From a virus: a DNA stretch of 64,000 nt. This document shows, piece after piece, positions 43,538-54,444 of the stretch. The stretch lies in the IMG/VR virus record IMGVR_UViG_3300025570_000007; one strand, written 5' to 3'. Position numbers and translations under genes: made by a program. The notes beneath the pieces are model-generated. The model worked only from the letters and a program-made list of their open reading frames with translations. It did no database searches and was not told the DNA's origin. Each line of letters opens with the position of its first letter. Positions within the stretch are counted from its first letter, which is position 1.

Positions 43538-44380
43538 TTATACACAACGTTCTGTGTTAAATGCCATTATATGAGCTCTACCTGTAAACTTGTACCCCTT
43601 ATCTCTGCACATATCCATTACTACCGGGTATGATTCAAATAAAGACTCTCTGTCGTCTCCTGCTGGCATGCACCATGTTCTACCTTTTATTATCTTTTTA
43701 ATCTCATCAAGATCGAACGGATCCGTATAAGCAGAAGCTCCAAAAGATTTCTCCTCTAAGGTTTCTGCTAACTTATCTAAAAAAGCTTCAACTTCGGGCA
43801 ATACTCTCAACTCTTTATCAATTACCGGTTTTATATGAAAATCGTAATTATACATGATTGCATCAGCTATAGTGTCTGCATTCAGCCTGAACTTATTATG
43901 CTGTTTTATCATCTTCTCGTTTACTATATTACCTATAGGTGTTGTTGCTCCAACAACTGGTACAGAATTACTAAACTTAGGGCTAATAGATAGCAGATTA
44001 ATAGGATGGTCTGTGGCGAGAAAATGAGAGCCTTCAGTTTCGATCGTAATGAAAATTTCCCTTTCATGTGCAAAATGTGTTAATTCGTTTACTAGTGTTG
44101 GATGCATTGTCGGGGAACCCCCTGTTAGCATCATTTCTGTGATATGCGGGTTTGCATCGTACATATCTATTATGTCTTGGAATTTATATACTCCCTTTTC
44201 CGGATGAATGCTCGTATACCAGGAGTCACACCATCCTCCTTCTCCGAAGTAGCATCTGTGGGTACATCCTGTTGTTCTTACTACAATGGTTGGATGACCT
44301 TGTCTTGATCCTTCTGACTGTACTGCTGTATATACCTCTAGTACCGGCAGTACTTTATTATAATTCTCTAATCTTTTCAT
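43538..44380 (-). CDS. queE: 7-carboxy-7-deazaguanine synthase (radical SAM)
   Basis: VQSEG, RTTGCTHRC...WCDS, LTGGSP, IETEG, SISPK. Confidence 0.92.
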   Translation of the reverse strand: MKRLENYNKVLPVLEVYTAVQSEGSRQGHPTIVVRTTGCTHRCYFGEGGWCDSWYTSIHPEKGVYKFQDIIDMYDANPHITEMMLTGGSPTMHPTLVNELTHFAHEREIFITIETEGSHFLATDHPINLLSISPKFSNSVPVVGATTPIGNIVNEKMIKQHNKFRLNADTIADAIMYNYDFHIKPVIDKELRVLPEVEAFLDKLAETLEEKSFGASAYTDPFDLDEIKKIIKGRTWCMPAGDDRESLFESYPVVMDMCRDKGYKFTGRAHIMAFNTERCV

Positions 44381-44824
44381 ATCCTAATTTACTTTATAAA
44401 CAGGTACACTAAAAATACTACCCCAACTACTGTACCCGCAAGTACTGTTGTCACACCTAAAAATAGTAATACTCCCTTAGTGCTATTTGTTTCGTTTTTT
44501 TTCATCTTTTAATTCTATTGCGTAGACTTCAAATGTCCATTGCTGTTCTGCCCTATCCTCAATTGTTTTCTGATGGATTTTAAGTAGGCCTGTTTTTTTT
44601 AAGCTCCTCGTATATTCTTTGCCCTGCTTGTCGTTCTATATCTGCTAAGATAAATTTAGCATTGGACTCTCCTAGTCGTTCTACCAAGGCTAAGTCAATC
44701 GTATGTTTTGATTGAATCTTCGTAGGCATTGTATCAGTACGTCCTATAGTGTACATTTTCAACCTCTCTTCCGGGATCTCAATATGCTTACCAGTAATCC
44801 CTAATACTTTTGCTATGAACTTTC

Positions 44825-45397
44825 TCATGATTTTCTATCATCATACTCTAACACTCCCTTTTCGATTGCATAATTTCTAATACCCTCTAGGTTCTGTTTA
44901 CTGAAGTTTGTAGCTTCCTTTATTGAGATACTATCCCCATAACACTCTGTCCAGCAATTAGGAGTTTCGTAAATTTTAATTTTATGTATTGCTAACCCTG
45001 TTGGAGTATCTTTATATAGAGTCTCAGACAAAACAACCATTGCTAAAAATACCTCTTTTGCAATATTCTCAACGGTTGGATTACAGTATTCATCTTCACC
45101 ATTTAATGACATTAACCACAATTTAGACTTATACTCTTTTGTAGTTTCAATAATCTTTGTATCCTTAGGATTTAAAATCATCCCATGGTCTAAAATATCA
45201 TCTATCCACTGGCAAAAGACTCTTTTAATTTCTTTAAAATCAATTGCATATCCTATCTCTTCCATATTCTCAAAAGAGAATGTTAATTCATATAGGTAGG
45301 TATGTCCGTGTAGGTTAAAACATTTCATTGCTTCGTTCATGACTCTGTGTCCTGAATCGAAATTACCTTTACGGCTAATGTACTGTGTTTTTTTCAT
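44825..45397 (-). CDS. queD: 6-carboxytetrahydropterin synthase
   Basis: FDSGH, CFNLHGHTY, DH, PTVEN, YET. Confidence 0.92.
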   Translation of the reverse strand: MKKTQYISRKGNFDSGHRVMNEAMKCFNLHGHTYLYELTFSFENMEEIGYAIDFKEIKRVFCQWIDDILDHGMILNPKDTKIIETTKEYKSKLWLMSLNGEDEYCNPTVENIAKEVFLAMVVLSETLYKDTPTGLAIHKIKIYETPNCWTECYGDSISIKEATNFSKQNLEGIRNYAIEKGVLEYDDRKS

Positions 45398-45800
45398 ATT
45401 TATACTAGTTCTTCTATTATTCCTATTAACTCACTAATTACAAGTACTCCTGTAGCTACAATCAAACTATACGGAATAAAGCAATACCCTATAATACGTA
45501 CTCCTGATTTTACGAATGAAATGAATTGGTGTAGTTTTGGATCGGGAATTTTTGAGATCTTTTCCTCTCCTGTTGAAATGCTTCTAAGTTCATTTCGTCT
45601 AGTAGCGTTGAATGTTCGAGAGAGATAAGAACTCTCTGTACTCTGTCCTGATTTACTGTATGTAGCCATTTTCGTGTTTTTATAGTGGTGCTGTGACACT
45701 TGTCATATATATATAATATAAGACTTCTTACTCTATTCTGCAACTATTCTATAAAAAAATAACGGAACTTTCGCTCCGTTACCTTTTACTGTTTTCTGTA

Positions 45801-46103
45801 CTATGCTACTGGTTCTCCTGTTCCTGATCCTACTATTGGTGCAATACCAACTTTAGCTTTAAGACGTCCCCAGAAGGCTACTACTAGCCCTATTGCAGTT
45901 ACAACTTCTCCCCAGATCGAATCTGCTGAGGCTGCAATTTCTCCTGTTCCTGCAACTATTTCGCTTACTGCGCCTGCTACGTCTACTGAACCGCCTGTAA
46001 GAGCTGTTACTACAACGCCTATTGCTGCTACAATAACGCCAATGATTGTTTTAGATTGATACCAAGCTTTTGCTTGCTCAAACTTGTCTTGAATTGTTCC
46101 CAT
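45801..46103 (-). CDS. small membrane protein
   Basis: two hydrophobic helices. Confidence 0.65.
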   Translation of the reverse strand: MGTIQDKFEQAKAWYQSKTIIGVIVAAIGVVVTALTGGSVDVAGAVSEIVAGTGEIAASADSIWGEVVTAIGLVVAFWGRLKAKVGIAPIVGSGTGEPVA

Positions 46104-46171
46104 TTGTTCTTTAAGTATTTATATTACATGTAATTATACATATAAATATACCCCAGTAACAGTAACCCGCT

Positions 46172-47248
46172 CTACTTAGACGGTTTCATTACGATTAGTT
46201 CTACTCTACGAGCAACATCGTGTACGAACTGCTTACTACGTTTTTTATCTTTACCAAACGAATCAAACGATATTCGTGATTTATCAATTCCCATAGCTAC
46301 AAATTTTTCAAATAATTCATTAGTGCGTTTTTCTGATAGCTTTTGGTTATAGTTATCTGAACTTGTAGTTGCTGATGCAAAACCTTTTATAACTAGTGTC
46401 CAAGTCTTATTTTCATCTAACTGTGTATATACTTTATAGGTTGCATTTAACTCGGTATCTTTAATATTGAATTTATCATGATCAAAAAATACAAATTCTG
46501 ATTGTGGGTATAGTGAATTGTATGTTTCGTAGTACTCGTTGAACTCTTCTTGTGTAAAGTTAACAACTGGGCTATTGGTTACGTACTCGTTCTTAACTAT
46601 GTTGTTATTTACGATTGGAGTTGCATCCGGTTCTTGGTACCAATCAGCATGCTCTCTATCTTTCTTTCCCAGGTAGGCTACGATTCCTACTGAGACTGTG
46701 TTTATAACTGATGTGATCCCGTAGTTATTGTTGTCGTAGATTCCGTCAAGAGTCCTATCTTGAGAGACACTACCTAGTATAGAATAATCGGCTTTTAAAG
46801 CTACTTTCTTACTAATTTTATAAAGTGCAGTTAGTCCTGCTCTTGTATTTAGTACGGTCTCATTGTAACTGTTGTCACCGTCTATAAAAGATGCTCCTAA
46901 TCCTCCGTGTGCTAGTAAATTCCAGTCATCAGAGTACAGGTCTAGTAATCTAAAGATATTTACTGTAGCTTCTAGGTTAGCTGTTAGTATGTCTGTATTA
47001 ACAGATTCTCCTTCTAGTGACCTAAGGTCTAAGTCATCATAGCCTATATTAACTCCAAGTCCGAATTCCGGGTTAAAGTTATACCTAGCCCCAGCACCTA
47101 AATGGTACTTTGAGTTTGTAGTGACTGCTGATTCATCATTTAGGGAGTGAATACCTGCTTCGACATCGATTGCCCACTTGTTGAATTCCTGTCCGTAACT
47201 GGTTGCAGTTATAAGGAATATTGATAATATTAATAGTACTTTTTTCAT
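46172..47248 (-). CDS. ompA: OmpA-family outer-membrane protein (beta-barrel + OmpA_C)
   Basis: signal peptide, barrel strands, HADW linker, FFDHDK, NQKLSEKR, RRVE. Confidence 0.88.
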   Translation of the reverse strand: MKKVLLILSIFLITATSYGQEFNKWAIDVEAGIHSLNDESAVTTNSKYHLGAGARYNFNPEFGLGVNIGYDDLDLRSLEGESVNTDILTANLEATVNIFRLLDLYSDDWNLLAHGGLGASFIDGDNSYNETVLNTRAGLTALYKISKKVALKADYSILGSVSQDRTLDGIYDNNNYGITSVINTVSVGIVAYLGKKDREHADWYQEPDATPIVNNNIVKNEYVTNSPVVNFTQEEFNEYYETYNSLYPQSEFVFFDHDKFNIKDTELNATYKVYTQLDENKTWTLVIKGFASATTSSDNYNQKLSEKRTNELFEKFVAMGIDKSRISFDSFGKDKKRSKQFVHDVARRVELIVMKPSK

Positions 47249-47275
47249 CTTCTTATATTTACTTTATTTAATTAA

Positions 47276-48412
47276 TTAATCTTGACATTCTCCTAAACTA
47301 TCTCCATGATCTATGTGAGCAGCAACTGCACTTTGAGGAACATAGATAGTAAAATACTGTGGTACATTCCCGATTACTCTCTGATGACACAATGCTACTT
47401 TCTGTGGATCATCTTCACTAGGACAACAGTTAGGTTCTAAAGTACAATCACATAATGTTTCTGTATCTGTAATTTCATCTTCATCTAATTCCATATCTCC
47501 GTCTAAATCTAGACCACTAATAATAACTACACAGTTACCGTCTTGATACATTCTTATAATAGAGGTATATCCATTATTACCGTTAGTACCGTCCGTTCCG
47601 TCTGTACCATTTGTACCATTCGTACCGTTTGTACCATCAGCCCCATCTACACCATTATATCCATTGTAAACGTAGTAAATATTAATAGAGCCATCATAAT
47701 GAGTAATTGTAATTGTTATACCTTCATCAGTATATACAATATCAATAGTATCTCCATCTTGACCATTCGTACCATTAGTACCATCTTCTCCATCTTCTCC
47801 ATCTTCTCCATCCTGAGCATAATATATAAAGATTCTATTAACTTCCTCTCCATCTTCTAGGAATATAATGTAATACCCTCCTTCAGATTCTTCAGTTCTA
47901 ATAGTACACGATATACCATCTTCTCCAGGATTTCCATCTATACCGTCAATTCCGTCAACCCCATCAATTCCATCTGTTCCATTAGGAATAAAGACAACTT
48001 CAATTTGGTCTCCAGTCTGAATGTAAAGGTATATACCGCTTTCTGTTACTTCTGTTGTAACAATTACATTAACTCCATTAACTCCATCAATACCGTCAAT
48101 ACCGTCAATACCGTCTTTTCCGTCAGCACCATCTTGTCCGTCAATACCATCTTGTCCGTCAGCACCATCCACACCATCACTAGGGTAAGGGATAAGAATT
48201 GTACTAGTAAGGTCTCCATCTGTATAGATGTAAATATACCATCCTTCCTCAGATTGTACTGTTGAACTAGTTATAGATGTACCATCTACACCGTCTTTAC
48301 CGTCTATACCGTCTATACCGTCTATTCCATGGGTTAAAAGGCTCATTTTGTCTACACTGCACGCTGTTAAAAGCGCCAGTACCATTGTTAAACATAAAAA
48401 AATTTTCTTCAT
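47276..48412 (-). CDS. collagen-like (G-x-D/N repeat) lipoprotein
   Basis: LTAC lipobox; five blocks of GIDG/GEDG/GTNG triplets separated by beta modules. Confidence 0.85.
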   Translation of the reverse strand: MKKIFLCLTMVLALLTACSVDKMSLLTHGIDGIDGIDGKDGVDGTSITSSTVQSEEGWYIYIYTDGDLTSTILIPYPSDGVDGADGQDGIDGQDGADGKDGIDGIDGIDGVNGVNVIVTTEVTESGIYLYIQTGDQIEVVFIPNGTDGIDGVDGIDGIDGNPGEDGISCTIRTEESEGGYYIIFLEDGEEVNRIFIYYAQDGEDGEDGEDGTNGTNGQDGDTIDIVYTDEGITITITHYDGSINIYYVYNGYNGVDGADGTNGTNGTNGTDGTDGTNGNNGYTSIIRMYQDGNCVVIISGLDLDGDMELDEDEITDTETLCDCTLEPNCCPSEDDPQKVALCHQRVIGNVPQYFTIYVPQSAVAAHIDHGDSLGECQD

Positions 48413-48668
48413 TTTAAATTATTCATTTTAATTTCGCTTACTCTTAACCCGGTAAACTTAAGGTATTTTTTCTAAAGATATTAAATTAAATACATTTCAT
48501 CAAGATTAGTCGACGAAATGCTAATATAGTCGTTGAAACGATTTTCAACATGAGCTTATAAATAGCTCTAATTATAAAGATAGTTAATATCTTTATGCTA
48601 TCCAAATATACTACATACAAAAACCGCCCATATTTTTACATATCGACGGCTTAGTAGTGGTTGGCTAT

Positions 48669-50738
48669 TTAAATTTCACATGCGCCTCCGCCACATGCTA
48701 TAGATTCCGTAAAGCTTGTTAAGTCTTCACTTTCTTTTACTAATGAAAGGTTAATGTCTGTTAGAAATTGAAGCAGGTAGTCGTACTCCTCTTTTGATAT
48801 ATTCTCAAAAGGTGTTTGCTTATAGTTTCCTCCGTCGTACGGTAGAACCGATAATCCGTTATAACAATCTTTATGTTTCCACATCCATTCTCCAACTTCT
48901 TCCCATTCCCCATCTTTAATAGAAACTGTACAGGAAACATTGTGAGTATTACTCCCTGTCCTATGTCCTGGCTTAATCCATTTGTCTGAGATTAGTTTAA
49001 CTCTTTCTAGAAGTTCGATAGGTGTCTCTGTTCTTAAGATTGCTCCTTCAGGTGCTTTTTGAGGTACTTTTAATACCGCTGTAAGTTCAGGAGTGAAGTA
49101 TTCATCTTCAATAAGTTGAGGTATCATTTTAACCAGGTATCCGTAGATAGCTTCATCTTTATTGATACGTAACCTTCTTAAGTAGTAATCCCAGAACCAT
49201 GCATGTATTCCTGATGATGTTCCTAATACTAGTGAAGTTGTTCCTGCTGGTTTAACTGCTGTTGTTCTAGCTGCAGGGTTAATTCCTATTATCTTAGCGA
49301 TTGCCGTATTCACCTCTTTAACAAAGTTTGCTGCTTTTTCAAAGTCTAGTTCTAAGTTCGTTTCTGAAGCTATTCCTGTCATGCTAACGCCTATTAGGGC
49401 ATCTTTTTCTGTATTCTTTCTCCAAATATCTCTCAAGTAGTGAAAGTCTGTGTACCCTGCTTGAAGAGTTCCTATAAACGAAGCTGCTTTTGCTCTACCT
49501 TCAAAATCTTCTTGACTTTCTATAGTAGCCATGTTGATCTCTGTAAGATTACAGAACTGGTAGGGCCTTAGTGCAATCTCACAACAAGGATTAGTTCCCC
49601 ACTCTTTATCGTTTGTTAAGTATATTCCAGGCTCTCCTGATCCTGATTCTTCAATCTGTTTCCAAACTTTCTTAAATGTACTTTTAGTAATCTTATGACG
49701 TACTAGAGAAATTGAGTTATTAGCCCTCCCTCTTTGAGGTTCAAAGTAGAACCAAGGAAGTGTTCCGTTTTTCTCTAAGTCTTCAAAATCTTCTTCTGAT
49801 ACCCAGTAGCAAGTTTTAGTGTATGTTTTACCTGTGTTGTCCTTTACCGTTACTTCTAAATCTAAAAACCTCTTTCCTTTTGATTCATGCCATGCATGTC
49901 CCATGATAGGCTCTCCTTGATTATCTACCCCTGTCTTAACAGTTGCACGATCGTACATTAGAATCTCAAATTTAGATTTAGCTTTTATCATAGCTTTACT
50001 CTTAAGATCGAATAAAGCAATCATTGCTGCTCTACGAATTCCTCCTGCTAATACTGCATCTGCAATATAGCATTCGATATCGTAACACTCCATGTCTGTC
50101 AGTTTCTCTCCGTCTTTCTTACTTCTCAATACCTTCTCTATATTCTCTAAACAAGCTTTAAGTGGTAACGGTCCTGGTGCTTTCCCTCCTGTTGTTACCA
50201 GTAAAGCTCCTTTTTCTCTAATGTCTGATAAATCAAAATCAATATGAGATCGTACACTTCCTGTATAGGATTTCATCAGAACTTTAATTGAATCTGCCCA
50301 ACCTATAATACTATCCTGGACTACATAGCGTTTTCTACGGTCATAGTTAGGTCTTCTTATTTCCGGTAATTTTTCAATATTGTGATTCTGTACAGAGAAT
50401 CCTACTCCTGTTCCTCCTAAGAGTAGAAACATAGTCTCACTAAATGAGTGAATGCTGTCTATCGGCAAGAATGCACAGTTGTAAACTCTTGAATTGTTAA
50501 GCTCTATTCCCTTACCTCCAAATTGTAGGGATCTCATAGAAGGTAGAACTTTTTTAGGTATCACGTAATCTGCATAAACAGATTTAATATTATCTTCTAG
50601 TTGAGGGTACTTTTTAATATGCATTTGCATATTTCGATCAATTAACTCTTCCCACGTCTCTCTTCTGTCTAATTCCGGGATGTACTTTGCGTACTTTGTG
50701 TAGATAGTTATGTCACTCAGGACTTTTTTGTCTGTCAT
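48669..50738 (-). CDS. nrdJ: class II (B12-dependent) ribonucleotide reductase
   Basis: PSMRSLQF, YNCAF, GGTGVG, TNPCCEI, FCNL, KPAGT, C-terminal CGGGACEI. Confidence 0.93.
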   Translation of the reverse strand: MTDKKVLSDITIYTKYAKYIPELDRRETWEELIDRNMQMHIKKYPQLEDNIKSVYADYVIPKKVLPSMRSLQFGGKGIELNNSRVYNCAFLPIDSIHSFSETMFLLLGGTGVGFSVQNHNIEKLPEIRRPNYDRRKRYVVQDSIIGWADSIKVLMKSYTGSVRSHIDFDLSDIREKGALLVTTGGKAPGPLPLKACLENIEKVLRSKKDGEKLTDMECYDIECYIADAVLAGGIRRAAMIALFDLKSKAMIKAKSKFEILMYDRATVKTGVDNQGEPIMGHAWHESKGKRFLDLEVTVKDNTGKTYTKTCYWVSEEDFEDLEKNGTLPWFYFEPQRGRANNSISLVRHKITKSTFKKVWKQIEESGSGEPGIYLTNDKEWGTNPCCEIALRPYQFCNLTEINMATIESQEDFEGRAKAASFIGTLQAGYTDFHYLRDIWRKNTEKDALIGVSMTGIASETNLELDFEKAANFVKEVNTAIAKIIGINPAARTTAVKPAGTTSLVLGTSSGIHAWFWDYYLRRLRINKDEAIYGYLVKMIPQLIEDEYFTPELTAVLKVPQKAPEGAILRTETPIELLERVKLISDKWIKPGHRTGSNTHNVSCTVSIKDGEWEEVGEWMWKHKDCYNGLSVLPYDGGNYKQTPFENISKEEYDYLLQFLTDINLSLVKESEDLTSFTESIACGGGACEI

Positions 50739-50858
50739 CTGTTATTATTAATATTTTTTAAGGTTTTTATATAAAACTAAATCTAAGTCTGGGTTAATAA
50801 ATAGTGGTGGAGATTCGTATAAGGTTATTTTACTTTCTTATAATGTTCTCTATTACTA

Positions 50859-51521
50859 CTAACTATGGTGATCATGAGTGTGTTGAAGTAACCCTTTAAC
50901 TTCTCTACCCTCTATTAACTTTAAAACTTCTTTTAGTGAGTATGGTCTAAATTCCGGATGTCCATCTACTCCTACATCTAACATCCTACCTGGCCCTACT
51001 CTGTCTGAAGTGGGTGTATGTATGTGTCCGTGTAAATGCATTACTCTTTTAGCCATACCGTTCCAAGATGCGAAAGGATAGTGACATAGTACAAATCTGT
51101 ATTGACTTGCTTTTGACTGCCTACCGTCTATTGCTTCGTTTGGAACTTTTAATGATAAGAATTGATAATTTTTTACTGTTTCAAAAATTCTATGTTGTTT
51201 ATCAAAAGCTAGATTGGTAACATCGTAATCATGGTTACCTTCAAGTAAGTGAATATTCTTACAATGTACTCTTCTTCTAAACTCTAAAACTTTCTCTTCT
51301 CCTCCAAAGGACCAATCTCCCATGTGTATTAGGACGTCATCTTCCCCTACTGTTGCATTTATGTTATCAACAAGAGTAGTGTTCATATGATCTAATGATT
51401 TGAATTTACGAACTTTTTTCTCTACAGACCATTCAGTAGTTGCACTACATATATTCTTATGGCTATAATGCGTGTCTGAAGTGAAGTATATTGTCTGTTT
51501 TCTGTCTAATGTAATCTTCAT
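50859..51521 (-). CDS. calcineurin-like metallophosphoesterase
   Basis: DTH, GD, GNHD, CH, HGHIH. Confidence 0.88.
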   Translation of the reverse strand: MKITLDRKQTIYFTSDTHYSHKNICSATTEWSVEKKVRKFKSLDHMNTTLVDNINATVGEDDVLIHMGDWSFGGEEKVLEFRRRVHCKNIHLLEGNHDYDVTNLAFDKQHRIFETVKNYQFLSLKVPNEAIDGRQSKASQYRFVLCHYPFASWNGMAKRVMHLHGHIHTPTSDRVGPGRMLDVGVDGHPEFRPYSLKEVLKLIEGREVKGLLQHTHDHHS

Positions 51522-51916
51522 ACTGTTAATATAGGAAAAAAGCCCTGAGTTAACAAGGCTTTTTTAAGTGTATTTTTATCTGTCTTATGTTTTACTAATT
51601 CTTCGGGGCTTTCATCCCTTTAGCAACTTCTGCTCCCAGTAAGGCTGATAGAAGTCCGTCACTTCCTTTACCGTTACTCCCTCCTGTCATATATACTCCG
51701 TCGAATCTCATACTGCCAATAGCAGTCCTACTATTACTACTGTCTTCATTACCCATACTATAATAGGGAGTAGAACTAGGTCGTTACCTGCTTCTCTAAC
51801 GAACCAGTTAAGTAGGTGCTCTAAAATATGTTAACTGTGAATAGTAGTATTCCTACTGTAAATACTGATAATGTAACTTCCATAACCTTTATTTTTATTT
51901 TCTAAATATAGTAATT

Positions 51917-52381
51917 TTATTTTGATATATCTACTGTATCTACAAGAATCTTATACCCTGTTGGAATTTTCACAAAACCAGTTACTACTCTCTTTATTCC
52001 TTTTTTTGCCGGATAATGGTAGTTCATGTTACCGCCTACTCCTATATAAGGTCCACCTGAGGGATCTACCATATCTAGTTTAGTGCGGTCAGGAGTAACG
52101 AGTTCTTGGTACTGTTCAGCGATAATACAAGGTCCTAGGTATTTGTCATCCCTATCATAAAGGGATCTATGAACTTCTTCTTTAAACTCTGCTAAGCTCA
52201 AAGTATGCTCACGAGGTGGAGTACCTTCTACTTCCAGATACTTCCTATATGCCTCTGTATAATTATTTGGCCAGCCTATTCGGCAATATTGAAAACTACC
52301 TTCCCATAGTATGCTTCCATCCTCATCTAACGAAAAGGTGTAAACATCATTATATCGGTTTATGTACTCTACTTTATTCAT
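51917..52381 (-). CDS. hypothetical phage protein
   Basis: 154-aa ORF, VDPSGGPYI motif. Confidence 0.7.
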   Translation of the reverse strand: MNKVEYINRYNDVYTFSLDEDGSILWEGSFQYCRIGWPNNYTEAYRKYLEVEGTPPREHTLSLAEFKEEVHRSLYDRDDKYLGPCIIAEQYQELVTPDRTKLDMVDPSGGPYIGVGGNMNYHYPAKKGIKRVVTGFVKIPTGYKILVDTVDISK

Positions 52382-52473
52382 AGTATAACCTCTATTTTAC
52401 TTACCTAAAGATAATAAAAAAAGCTCACCGAAGCAAGCTTTTTTAAATCTGTTTTTTTAAAATATTTTATTCT

Positions 52474-52676
52474 ACGAGAATTCTAAGTTGAGTTTTATGC
52501 CACTAACCCTGTGGCAGATAGGAAGCCTTGTTTATACTCCCGAAACAATGTTAAACCTTGCTTTACACGGGTACTCTCTGACTTAAAGAGTGATTTTCAG
52601 TCTGTCGAATTATGTATAGTTATGTGGCTCTTAACCACCTAAGTGTTTTTCGAAGTACCTCAGTCTTTTACTACGT
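52474..52676 (-). ncRNA. Y-RNA-like element Y1 (~200 nt)
   Basis: 5' ACGUAGUAAAAGACUGAGGUACUUCG / 3' ACUCAACUUAGAAUUCUCGU; downstream of TROVE. Confidence 0.7.
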
Positions 52677-52743
52677 TAAAATATTTTAAAAGAACGTTTT
52701 CTGTGTATAAATACACAAGAGGACCCGAAAGTCCTCTTTTTTT

Positions 52744-54288
52744 TTAAATTTCTATAGCTTCAATTGCTTTGATTACAGCTCTTGGATCTATTTCAACTCT
52801 TTTTACTAGCTCATACATTTCTGATGAGTATCCAGCTAACTGGTAAAGTTTTTGAGTTGTTGGCTTAAACATTGTAGTTGAATATCCACAGATGTTTATT
52901 GAATATACGTGCATCTTGTTATAGTTGCTTGGTGAAATGTACGAAGCTCCTTGCATATCCGAGATAATAAAGATTCTGTCGTACTTATTCCCAATCGTAC
53001 TAAAAATACCATTAAACTCAGTTCCATACCCTACAGTTCCCTGTAATTTTCTAAACTGATTTTTAATAGTATTTATACTATCTAAAGGATTGAACTTAAT
53101 TGCAGCGACACTACTAGCGAAGTGGTATACATCGGCGTTAATCCCTTTACCTAAAGTTGCAGCTACTAAAGCAGCTTTTTCAATAGCAGATTTACTACCA
53201 GGTTTCCCATTTGCTAATCTGATCGATGATCCCATTGATCCTGAACTATCAAAGATAACTGCAGTTTTACCTGCTGGAAATAGTGATGTTAGGTTCGGAA
53301 TCGCAAGTTCGTAAGCTTTATCTAGTGCTGTAATGAATGGTAACGCTTTTGACGCTCCTATATCCTGTAGTAACACTTCTAATGCTAAATCGATTTGGTG
53401 AGGGAATACTAGAGATTTTCTAATAGTTGCTTCATCTGTTAAGATAGCAATTGCTCCGTCAATCAATTCTTTATTTGAACTAGTTTGTAAGATATTACGT
53501 AAGTTACGTAGTAACGCTAAATACCCTATTTTTTTAGTTGCAATTAATTCAGCATAATTTGATTCCTTAGCTTGTGTTAACTCTACCTTAGCTTCCGCTT
53601 TAGTAATAGTACCTTCTTTTACTTTCTTAGCAACATCTTGTCCAGCTGATGTATTCTTATCTTCAACAGTGTTGAATTGCTTTAACTCTCCAGTCATTAA
53701 CTGTTTGAAAGTTTTTTGCATATCTTCACTTGGTTTTGGACGAACTAAGTTTACAATATCAACTAAGGAAACATCTTTATTCTTTCCTTGGTATTTTGCT
53801 AACTCGTAAGTATCAGCAGCCTCTAAAGCAGCTTTAAATCCTTTCTTCATTGCGTTTGGCAATGGTTTTCCGGGATTGAAGTGTTGATAACAAGCTACTA
53901 TTTCTAGTAAGTCATCTAACCTAAACACGATACCTCCTGTTTTAAATTTCTTACTTCTCTTTGAGAAGAATTTACGTGCAATTCCTCTACCTGATAGGTA
54001 AGGTGCTAATGCTACTGCTCCAAACTGGGTAACACTTCTTTGGCCCATTACAGATCTAGCATATACTAGTGCTTTAGCTACGAATTCAGGTTCTTTTTGA
54101 GCTAACTTTACGATAAGCTCTTTGAATCTAACTTCTCTGTCTGATAATTTCTCGTAATAAGTATTATCAAAACCTGTTGCTAAAATAGCAACTAATTCAT
54201 GTTTTGGATCTAATTTGTAACCTTCACCTCCTTGGTGGTTTGTTACTGTAGGTGTTGCAGTCTTTTTGTTTTTGTTGTAAACTGACAT
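52744..54288 (-). CDS. rsr: TROVE-domain Ro60/Rsr RNA-binding protein
   Basis: NHQGGEGY, YQ/YE-LAKY, ALLRNLRN, vWA DSSGSM and ISDMQ motifs. Confidence 0.92.
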   Translation of the reverse strand: MSVYNKNKKTATPTVTNHQGGEGYKLDPKHELVAILATGFDNTYYEKLSDREVRFKELIVKLAQKEPEFVAKALVYARSVMGQRSVTQFGAVALAPYLSGRGIARKFFSKRSKKFKTGGIVFRLDDLLEIVACYQHFNPGKPLPNAMKKGFKAALEAADTYELAKYQGKNKDVSLVDIVNLVRPKPSEDMQKTFKQLMTGELKQFNTVEDKNTSAGQDVAKKVKEGTITKAEAKVELTQAKESNYAELIATKKIGYLALLRNLRNILQTSSNKELIDGAIAILTDEATIRKSLVFPHQIDLALEVLLQDIGASKALPFITALDKAYELAIPNLTSLFPAGKTAVIFDSSGSMGSSIRLANGKPGSKSAIEKAALVAATLGKGINADVYHFASSVAAIKFNPLDSINTIKNQFRKLQGTVGYGTEFNGIFSTIGNKYDRIFIISDMQGASYISPSNYNKMHVYSINICGYSTTMFKPTTQKLYQLAGYSSEMYELVKRVEIDPRAVIKAIEAIEI

Positions 54289-54325
54289 AACGATTTGATT
54301 TTAAAAAATTAATAAATATTTCTAA

Positions 54326-54367
54326 TAAAAAAGGGATTAAAATGCTTTTATACTTTTTAATCCCTTG
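54326..54367 (-). terminator. intrinsic terminator between Y-RNA array and TROVE gene
   Basis: AAGGGAUUAAAA...UUUUAAUCCCUUUUUU. Confidence 0.65.
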
Positions 54368-54372
54368 TGTTG

Positions 54373-54441
54373 TAAGTAGAGAATGTTAAGAAGAGCGTTT
54401 GTTTCTGAATGCGAAGTAACTCTGTCTATGACTACTACTTA
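54373..54441 (-). ncRNA. Y-RNA-like element Y2 (minimal)
   Basis: UAAGUAGUAGUCA..AGAGUUACUUCG / GCUCU..UUCUCUACUUA. Confidence 0.7.
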
Positions 54442-54444
54442 TAC

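Noticed and set aside
50859-51521. Metallophosphoesterase as RNA end-healing partner of Ro60
   Set aside because: Proximity only; the family is common in phages, and no RtcB or RNA ligase is in the window.
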